Source: Barthelona sp. PAP020 | Lineage: Eukaryota | Length of the DNA stretch: 32,844 nt | Assembly: GCA_040182905.1 (NCBI GenBank) | Contig: JARQWU010000102.1 | Span: 1-32,844 of the forward strand | Reading direction: 5' to 3' | Shown here: piece after piece, positions 8,284-16,827 of the stretch | Layout: each line of letters opens with the position of its first letter | Numbering within the stretch: the stretch's first letter is position 1 | Notes under the pieces: generated by a model | What the model was told of the DNA's origin: nothing | Databases searched by the model: none | The model's input: the letters and a program-made list of their open reading frames with translations, nothing else | Made by a program: the position numbers and the translations under genes

Positions 8284-11200
8284 TTAATTGTAATATGGCT
8301 CTAAAAGTTCAACAATTGCAGAATGACGTTTAAGTCCGGCAATATCTTTGGCTGAATATCCTCCACATTTTTGAAACACATCAGCCCCGTAATCCAAGAG
8401 CATTTGAACAATTTCAACATGGCCATTTTGACAACTGATTAATAAAGGAGAAATTCCCTTATTCATACACAAATCAATATCAACCTCATGATTCAAGAGC
8501 ATTCTGACAATATCAAGGAAGCCATTTTGACAAGCTACATACAATGGAGTAGCGCCATTAGTATCACGTTTATTCTTATCAACCCCATTATATAATAGCA
8601 TTTTAGCAATATTGAAATAACCATTTTGACAACTAAAATGCAACAAAGACGTGTCATATTTGCGATGAATTGATAATACTGAACGAATATCACTATTCTT
8701 CCATCCACCAATATTTGCCTTGTGATGCAATAGAAGTTCAACAATTTCAAAATGACCTTGTTGACAACCAATGTGCAATGGAGAGCAACCATATTCATCA
8801 AATTGATTAACATCAACTCTATGATTCTCTAAGAGTATTTTGACAATATTAAGATGACCATTTTGACAACTAACGAACAGTGGAGAAACACCATTATTCA
8901 TACACAAATTAACATCAGCTCCACAATTCAACAGCATTTTGACCACATCAAGATGACCTTCTTGACAACAAATGAACAATGGAGAAACACCATCATTTAC
9001 ACACAAATCAATATCAGCTCCATAATCCAAGAGCATTTTGGCAACATCAAGATGACCATTGAAACAACTGATGTACAATGAAGTAGCTCCATTATTCATA
9101 CACAAATCAATATCAGCTCCATGATCCAAGAGCATTTTGGCAATATCAAGATGACCTTCTTGACAACTGACGTACAATGAAGCAGCTCCATTATTCATAC
9201 ACAAATTGACATCAGCCCCATGATCCAAGAGCATTTTAGCAATATCAAGTTGATCTTGATGACAACTGACAAACAATGGAGAAAATCCATCATTCGTACA
9301 CAAATTTATATCAGCCTCATGATCCAAGAGCATTTTAGCGACATCTAAATGACCTCTTTGACAACTAGCATATAATGGAGAAGCAATATCACTTCTACAT
9401 AAATTTACATCAGCTCCATGATCCAAGAGCATTTTGGCAACATCAAGATGACCATTGTAACAGCTAATGAACAATGGAGAAGTACCATCATTTGCACACA
9501 AATTAAAATCAACCCCATAATCCAAGAGCATTTTTGCAATATCTAAATGACCTCTTTGACAACTAGCATATAATGGAGAAACACCATCATTCACACACAA
9601 ATCAATATCAGCTCCATGATCCAAGAGCATTTTGGCAACATCAAGATGACCATTGTAACAGCCAATGAACAATGGAGAAGTACCATCATTTGCACACAAA
9701 TTAACATCAACCCCATAATCCAAGAGCATTTTGGCAATATCAGAATGACCATTCAAACAACTACCATGTAGTGGAGAAACACCATCATTCACACACAAAT
9801 CAATATCAGCTCCATGATCCAAGAGCATTTTGGCAACATCAAGATGACCATTGAAACAACTGATGTACAATGGAGACGCACCTTCACTGCTGCACAAATT
9901 AATATCTGCCCCATAATCCAAGAGCATTTTGGCAACATCAAGATGACCATTGTAACAGCTAATGAACAATGGAGAAGTACCATCATTTGCACACAAATTA
10001 ACATCAACCCCATAATCCAAGAGCATTTTTGCAATATCAAGATGACCCTTTTGACAACTAATACTCAATGGAGAAGTACCACTACTCTTACACAATTTAA
10101 TATCAGCGTCACTCTCCAAGAGCATTCTGGCAATATCAAGATGACCTTCTTGACAGCTGATAAACAATGGAGAAGTACCATTTTCAGAAGATGCATTAAC
10201 ATCAGCTCCATGATCCAAGAGCATTTTGGCAATATCAAGATATCCTTGTTCACAACTAACGTACAATGGAGTGATATTAAAATTATTACTCAAATCAATA
10301 TTCGCACCATGATACAGGAGTATTTTGGCAACATCAAGATGTCCACGGAAACAACTGATCCACAACGGAGAGACACCATCATTTTTACACAAATCAACAT
10401 TGGCACATCTGAACAATAAAAATTCAATCAACTCAAGATTTCCCCCAATACAAGCCAAAAGGAGAGGTGTTTTCCCCAAATCATCTTGCTCATTCACATC
10501 TTGTTTGTTTACATCAATTAAACGCCTCACTTCTTCAAAGTTTCCATTCAAAGCAAAATGATGTAATTTTTTTAAGATGTTTATTTCTTTCAAACTATTC
10601 TTTAAAATATTTTTTTTGGAGTCAATATGAGGAGTGTGTCCATTTCCTTTGCATAAAACTGACTTTGGTGAATTAGATTTATAAAAATCATCTAAACTAG
10701 ATTTAAGATCTCTAAGATAATCAATAATTTCACAAAACAAGGGTCTTTTCTCTGGTTTTTTATCAAAACACCTCCACATAAATTCATAACCGGGAATCCA
10801 ACTAATTTCCTCTTCTGAAAAAACGTCATTCCCTTCTGATAAAGGATTTCTCAATTTCAAAGAATTATATTTTACTTCGTGTATTGGAACATTATTATTT
10901 GGTCCTTTATTTTTACGTTCCTCAAAGGGGGAAATTCCTGTCATTATTTGAAAGAATGATACCCCAAATGCATATGAATCAATGCCAGGATGAACAAAAT
11001 GGTACCTTCTACGACGGACATCAGGTGGCATATACCTACTTTGTGAAAACTTGGGTCTATTATCCTTGTCATAAGAACCAACAAAACCAAAATCACAAAG
11101 CACAGATGTTCCATCTTTTCTCATCAACATATTGTCAGGTTTCACATCTCTATGAATGATACCATTATTGTGACAATGATAAAGAGCCTCTGCTATCTGC

Positions 11201-12210
11201 AAAACACTATTAACTTTTTCAATCACTGTCATTCTGGGAATGTTATCTTTCAGTGAGATTGGACAGTATTCCATCACAATACCAAAATTCTTACTATCTT
11301 TTTTAGTGATACCATGAATCTTACAAATATGTTTGTGATTCAGTCTTCCAACAAAACATTCGTTCTTTACTTTGTTTATATCTGTTTCAAAGTTGAATTC
11401 TTTGAATGCAACATCATTTTCCTTATATCGTGCTCTAAATACAGTTCCAAAAGAACCTCGCCCTAAATTTAGCCATTTTGTTGAATCAGCGAAACATAAC
11501 AACTTCAAATCGGTTTTGTCAATTTCTGGAGGATCTTCAACATCAAAATTTTGAAGCTGAGTTTCCGTTTCCTTGACCTTCTTTAAAATGACTGATAATT
11601 TGTTTTCTCTATTAGTGTTTTTTGAAAGATGAGACACACTTGGGAAAATTAAGGTTGAGGATTTTATAACTTTACACACCCTTGTATTCAATCCCTTTAC
11701 GTGGTCAGAAATTATTTTGAAAAAATTGCCTGCATTTTTTTTGAAAGGAATGATTTTTGAACAAAAATCTGCTTTCAACTGATTATAAAGACACGCAAAC
11801 TCAAAGTGAAATTGAATAAAAATTTCTAAATCACACACGACAAAAAGTAATTTGGAGCCAGAATGTTCCAAATATTTAAAAATATAACTGTACATTTCTT
11901 CATATATTGATGAAAAGATACCATTAAAAAATCCATATTTAGTTTTATCTTTTTCTTTTTCTTGATTTTCTGCAAAATGTTGGAAAATTATCATAAAATT
12001 CAACACTTCAAGCACCAAATAATAAATTTCCTCTTTATCATCACTTTTAAAATTGTATTTCAACAGGTTTTGTACCATAATTAAATGTGAAGTTTTGAAA
12101 GAAGACAGTAACTGAAAAAAAAGATCAAATAATGGTTGATCAAAGACATTCTCTTTGAATGGTTTTAAAAGTAAATCATGAAACTCTTTAAGAGTTTTAG
12201 GTTTTGGCAT
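8284..12210 (-). CDS. Protein kinase with N-terminal helical domain and ~22 C-terminal ankyrin repeats
   Basis: LGRGSFGTV, VAFK, alphaC Glu (KNEC), HRDVKPDN, DFG and RP.F are all intact, followed by 33-aa ankyrin units. First ATG is at 12210 (the track start at 12219 is TTG). No introns. Confidence 0.95.
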   Translation of the reverse strand: MPKPKTLKEFHDLLLKPFKENVFDQPLFDLFFQLLSSFKTSHLIMVQNLLKYNFKSDDKEEIYYLVLEVLNFMIIFQHFAENQEKEKDKTKYGFFNGIFSSIYEEMYSYIFKYLEHSGSKLLFVVCDLEIFIQFHFEFACLYNQLKADFCSKIIPFKKNAGNFFKIISDHVKGLNTRVCKVIKSSTLIFPSVSHLSKNTNRENKLSVILKKVKETETQLQNFDVEDPPEIDKTDLKLLCFADSTKWLNLGRGSFGTVFRARYKENDVAFKEFNFETDINKVKNECFVGRLNHKHICKIHGITKKDSKNFGIVMEYCPISLKDNIPRMTVIEKVNSVLQIAEALYHCHNNGIIHRDVKPDNMLMRKDGTSVLCDFGFVGSYDKDNRPKFSQSRYMPPDVRRRRYHFVHPGIDSYAFGVSFFQIMTGISPFEERKNKGPNNNVPIHEVKYNSLKLRNPLSEGNDVFSEEEISWIPGYEFMWRCFDKKPEKRPLFCEIIDYLRDLKSSLDDFYKSNSPKSVLCKGNGHTPHIDSKKNILKNSLKEINILKKLHHFALNGNFEEVRRLIDVNKQDVNEQDDLGKTPLLLACIGGNLELIEFLLFRCANVDLCKNDGVSPLWISCFRGHLDVAKILLYHGANIDLSNNFNITPLYVSCEQGYLDIAKMLLDHGADVNASSENGTSPLFISCQEGHLDIARMLLESDADIKLCKSSGTSPLSISCQKGHLDIAKMLLDYGVDVNLCANDGTSPLFISCYNGHLDVAKMLLDYGADINLCSSEGASPLYISCFNGHLDVAKMLLDHGADIDLCVNDGVSPLHGSCLNGHSDIAKMLLDYGVDVNLCANDGTSPLFIGCYNGHLDVAKMLLDHGADIDLCVNDGVSPLYASCQRGHLDIAKMLLDYGVDFNLCANDGTSPLFISCYNGHLDVAKMLLDHGADVNLCRSDIASPLYASCQRGHLDVAKMLLDHEADINLCTNDGFSPLFVSCHQDQLDIAKMLLDHGADVNLCMNNGAASLYVSCQEGHLDIAKMLLDHGADIDLCMNNGATSLYISCFNGHLDVAKMLLDYGADIDLCVNDGVSPLFICCQEGHLDVVKMLLNCGADVNLCMNNGVSPLFVSCQNGHLNIVKILLENHRVDVNQFDEYGCSPLHIGCQQGHFEIVELLLHHKANIGGWKNSDIRSVLSIHRKYDTSLLHFSCQNGYFNIAKMLLYNGVDKNKRDTNGATPLYVACQNGFLDIVRMLLNHEVDIDLCMNKGISPLLISCQNGHVEIVQMLLDYGADVFQKCGGYSAKDIAGLKRHSAIVELLEPYYN
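8830..10410 (-). repeat. Tandem array of ~16 highly similar 99-bp ankyrin-coding units
   Basis: The + strand motif tccaagagcattttggcaa.atcaagatgacc recurs with 99-bp period. Protein consensus is LCxxDGxSPLxxSCxxGHLDxAKMLLDxGADxx. Confidence 0.95.
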
Positions 12211-14304
12211 ACAAAACAAAGGATGAATGATCTATTCGGAAGATTTTTCTTCGAAAGAATAACAACAGAATTTTTGTGTTTTTCTTTGGTGCATCCAAAT
12301 GATTTTCCTTTAACCAAAAATACAGCGAAATGCACAGAATTCTGCATTCAAAGCAAAGTTTATAAATCAATAAATAACTTCAGCCTGATTCTAAAAATGT
12401 GTTCTTCAGAACAATTCAATTTTAATAAGAAATCAAAAAATTATATCCAGTGTAAAGTCGGTTAAACTGAATATTAGAATATTTATCATTGTTTTTATGT
12501 TGTGGTTATTAATTTTGAATTATTAGATGTTTCAGAACAGTCGATTTGACAGTTGAACAGCAAGCAAAAACTGCACGTGTTGCTGGGATGTTGTTTCATC
12601 GATTTGTGTGTAAATTAATCACCATAGTCTCATCATAATTCGTTGAGATTTCAAGCGAAAAAATGTTTTCAATAAAGAAGATCAAGACACAATCTTTGTA
12701 ATTTTAATGGTATTCATTTTTTAAAGAAGTCTAAGGTATAATAATGTGCTACATGGATTATAAACTTGATAAAATCACGAACTTATTGCTCATTCTTACA
12801 TTGCTTGTGACAGCTTTACAACAAATCAACTTAACGTTATAGCAACCTTCAAGCTATTTGAAAGACTTATTGATCATTCAATTCTCCTGAAATGTACGAA
12901 GGTTAATTGTTTTGAAATCTATAGAATTAATTTTAACTTGAATGTAATTTCAATTCACAAGGCTTTAATTGTGGTTTCATGTTCTAACGAATGTTCGGAA
13001 AAACAATCACATTCCTATTGAGCTTTTTGATTTGGTGAATATTTCCAATTTTTGTCTATGTTCTACAAATTCTTGTTTTTACTTTTTTCAATTTCTACTT
13101 TAAAGAGACATTTCCAAGAACTAAATTTACGTTTGCACACAACTCAAAATTATTTGATGAAGGATGTTATTGGTAAAATACATTCAATGGACAGTATTCA
13201 ATCACAATAATTATGATCAAATTCTGTTACCCAACATGGATATTGTGATTTTATCACCATAACAAACATATTATTTTTCTTGAAACTACATCTGTATTTG
13301 TTCCTGATATTCTTTCACAAACCTTGGTTCAAAAAAGAAAAAAAAACCTCATTGGTTTACAAATTTCCTTTTTCCATTTAAAATACTGGCAAACACTTAA
13401 GCAATGACAAACGTTTTCTTTATGAAAAGAATAAAGGTTAAAGAACTCTCAACGAAGATGCGGTAATGATTCTCAGTTCTTTATCTTCACATAATGGACA
13501 ATAATCATGTCATTCTTGAATAAAAGGAAGGTAAAGAAGGAAAAACATACATGTTTCTATTCTGTTACAAAGCATGTTTGATGTTTACGACATCTCCATT
13601 CTGAGTTTCAGTTGCATGGTGGTGAAAATAAATACAAACAAGGAACTGGAAATTTTGTGAATATACACTTGAAAATTGGTTCAGATTGATTAACACATAA
13701 AAAGACAATTTTCTGTTTTAATTTGATCTTCTTGTTTGAATATACCAAACTCTTACTGATCTACACAACTATTGCAAAAATGCAACATGTTCTATGAATA
13801 TTCAATTAAAGAGTCAAATTCAAGGACATCTGACAACTGTCAAAATCAATGTTCCATAAATTGAAAATACAATTCTGATGAATCTTCAATAGAACAACAA
13901 ACGGTACTTTACACAATCAAAATTCACAAAATCTTCGAAATTCTGACGGTCAGAATCTTTGATGCTGTTTGATTCAGCAGGTTTATTCATTGCCCGTTTT
14001 AAATATCAATAATTTGTAAGTATTTAGTGGTTTTGCAGATATTAAAAAATACAATAATTTCAAAGAATTCGTTGATCAATCACAAAACAAAAACAACAAA
14101 GTAAGAAATTTTAAGAAAAAGGTTTCAAAACCCAACAAAATCACATAGTATTTCGACATTGAAACAAATTTTTCAAATAAATAAAGTTTTTAAAGAAGTT
14201 ATCATATCATTCAAACGCAGAGTTGATCAATCTGAGATTCATACACAATCAAATTTCGAAAAAAAGAGAAATTGATTGCTTGTCTTTTTTTTTAATTAGA
14301 TTCA

Positions 14305-15957
14305 ATGGAAACAATAGATATTAATGAATATTTGGAGCATATTGGTAATTTTTTGAGCAATAATTCTTATGTTGATGCAATTAAAGAAGTTGGTTTGGAA
14401 TTTCTTTCATCTGGAAATATACCCATCATTCCCACTGATCCTGTTTTCTTTGGAGTATCATGCGCCTTAAAAGCTATTAGTGGCTTAATCAAATTGTATA
14501 CGACTCATAAAGAAGTCAAAAAACAACTTGACGAATTTAAATTTAGAAGTTGTCATTTGTTAAACAATTTTTTGGAATTAGCAGCTGCATATTCTGTGAA
14601 CCAGTGTGACACAGACCCATTGGATCAATATTTAAAAAAATTTGAGAATTTTGTTGTCGAAGCGACAACAGAGGTTCAGAAAATAACTGAACGTTGTTCT
14701 TTTATGAGTGTTTTGCGCTCACCAACTGATATTCAAAGTTTAAAAAATATTCATGAAGGTTTTGATCGGTTACTTCATGATTTGACTTCGTTGACAGTTT
14801 CAAAAAGTTTCATTATTATTAAACAACTCCCTGATAGAATTTCTTTAATGTTGGAAGAAAATAGATCCGAATTAGACAAAACTTTAACTGCCATGTTGAC
14901 CCAACTTCAAGAACTAAATTTAAAAACTGACAAACAGACTGAATTGATAGAACAACTGACCATAAAACTGGAATTATTCCCTCAAAATATTGTAGATGCA
15001 TTGAGTGGATGTGATGCTTCTTGCATAGATTATAGCGAATTAATAGAGGACAAAAGCTCATCACATTATGAAGATATACATAATACTGAAGCTAAGATGG
15101 GACAATGGGAAGATAATAATTGCGATGTAGAAGAATTTATGCTTGATGAAGAAAAATTAATTACTGATGAAATAGATGGAATAACAACGTATACATATGA
15201 TGGTTTTGATGTGATGGTTGTTGATACAAATGAAGATGAAGACAATAAAATAGCTGTTGCGGCATGTGTTGCAATGAAATTCAATCACAAATCAATTTGT
15301 CGTGTGTTTGGTTATACATACATGGATTGTAGTTGGGCATATGTAACTGAACGTTTTACTGGAACTTTGGAAGAAAAATTGAAAAGTGAGACAAGTGTGA
15401 AAAATAAACTTTCCATTTTAAGACAGCTTGCAAAAGCTATTGATTTTTGCCATAGTGAAGGTTATATACATCGAAATATTTGTCCTCAAAATGTATCAAT
15501 TAGGAAAGATGGGACAATTGCCCTTTGTAATTTTGAAAAGACTCGTGATTTAGAAAGGGGTGGTTTTAACTCTATGCAAGGAAATGTTCGTTATATGCCT
15601 CCTTCAATTTTTGCAACCAAATCACTTGTACATCCTGGAATTGATTATTGGTCATTTGGTGCAGTTTTCTTTGAAGTGCTGACAGGAGCTAAGCCATACG
15701 AAGATTATGATGATTATGAATGTTATCAGATGTTTCTGGATTGTATTTCAAGATCAGGTAAACATAAAAAACCTTTCAGAAGACCTAATTCATATAAAAA
15801 TATGTTCCATTACCTTATCTTTAATTGTCCAATCTGGCAATGTTTTAATTCTGACCCCCAAAAAAGACCAACATTTTCTAATATCATCCCTATCCTGAAA
15901 ACTTTAGAAACATCAATTGATTCAATGTCATACTGTATTCCAAATATAACAGCATGA
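14305..15957 (+). CDS. MLKL-like protein: N-terminal helical bundle, coiled-coil brace, pseudokinase
   Basis: N-terminal amphipathic helices AISGLIKLYTTHKEVKKQLDEFKFRSCHLL...LKKFENFVVEATTEVQKI...SFMSVLRSPTDIQSLKNIHEGFDRLLHDL. The kinase fold lacks the Gly-loop and beta3 Lys, and has HRN (15469-15477) for HRD and NFE (15529-15537) for DFG. Confidence 0.8.
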   Translation: METIDINEYLEHIGNFLSNNSYVDAIKEVGLEFLSSGNIPIIPTDPVFFGVSCALKAISGLIKLYTTHKEVKKQLDEFKFRSCHLLNNFLELAAAYSVNQCDTDPLDQYLKKFENFVVEATTEVQKITERCSFMSVLRSPTDIQSLKNIHEGFDRLLHDLTSLTVSKSFIIIKQLPDRISLMLEENRSELDKTLTAMLTQLQELNLKTDKQTELIEQLTIKLELFPQNIVDALSGCDASCIDYSELIEDKSSSHYEDIHNTEAKMGQWEDNNCDVEEFMLDEEKLITDEIDGITTYTYDGFDVMVVDTNEDEDNKIAVAACVAMKFNHKSICRVFGYTYMDCSWAYVTERFTGTLEEKLKSETSVKNKLSILRQLAKAIDFCHSEGYIHRNICPQNVSIRKDGTIALCNFEKTRDLERGGFNSMQGNVRYMPPSIFATKSLVHPGIDYWSFGAVFFEVLTGAKPYEDYDDYECYQMFLDCISRSGKHKKPFRRPNSYKNMFHYLIFNCPIWQCFNSDPQKRPTFSNIIPILKTLETSIDSMSYCIPNITA

Positions 15958-16827
15958 AATTGGCATTAATTACTTTGAGTTAGTTATGTTTTGTATTTCG
16001 CAGCTCATCAGGCTGAATATGTAAATTTTGTTGCTTTGTTTTGTTTTTTAAAAACTTCCAACAGTTTTGCAGAAAGATATTGGGCTATATACAGGATAAA
16101 TGATCCATGTTACACTTTCAAATGCAAAATGCTCTGGACAACTTTGTCCCATATTTACGATACTGTTATTGTATTTAAAATTTCAAAATGTCAACTTCAA
16201 TTATTAAACTGAAGCATGTGTATTCAGTTTACTTGAAAATCAATTTAAATCATAAAATTTATTTATGAAAAGAATGCAAAGAGTTTCTTTAAGGTGTTGT
16301 GGGGTTCACACCATTTTTCAAAAATTAACCACTAGGTGCTCTTATAGCCCTTTGTTAGTTTAATTTGTCAAGTTCTTTGAAAAAGAACATTCTTTTCAGT
16401 TTTTTTCAGCATATTTCATTAATAAACACAGATTTAGCCTTAACAAACACACACTAAAAGTATTATGCAAGGGAAACACCCTGTAGCAAAAATCATTTCT
16501 TTTGCCTGACGTGAACCTTGAAAAACAATACAGTTTTGGTAAAAAAAAAAAAAGCAAGAAGGCGCCATAAAAGCTTTTATTAGCATTGGTTCAATGACAC
16601 TGTTGTTGTTTTGGTGTTTGCAAAAGCAACCTTTTCATCAATACTATGCCATTTTGTTCCAGAATTACCTCCAAAGGGTCAAACAATCATCAGTGATTGT
16701 ATGAGATGTGTAATTTTTTGACTGATGGTAGTGTGTTAAATCCTGCTACAGTTACCAAGGAGCGATGTTAAGCATTCTTTTGTGTAAAAACTAACATTAT
16801 TATCAATCAAATATAATAATTTTATCT

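Noticed and set aside
8830..10410. Regularly spaced repeats with variable interiors resembling a CRISPR array
   Set aside because: The period is exactly 99 bp and in frame within an ankyrin ORF. No cas genes, and the context is eukaryotic.
9814..10419. 201-aa repetitive ORF on the + strand and similar short ORFs nearby
   Set aside because: Antisense or off-frame shadows of the ankyrin array.
16481..16751. 8-bp inverted repeat CTGTAGCA/TGCTACAG around 270 bp, with an internal ATAAAAGCTTTTAT palindrome (MITE-like)
   Set aside because: The repeat is too short, there is no target-site duplication and no second copy in the window.
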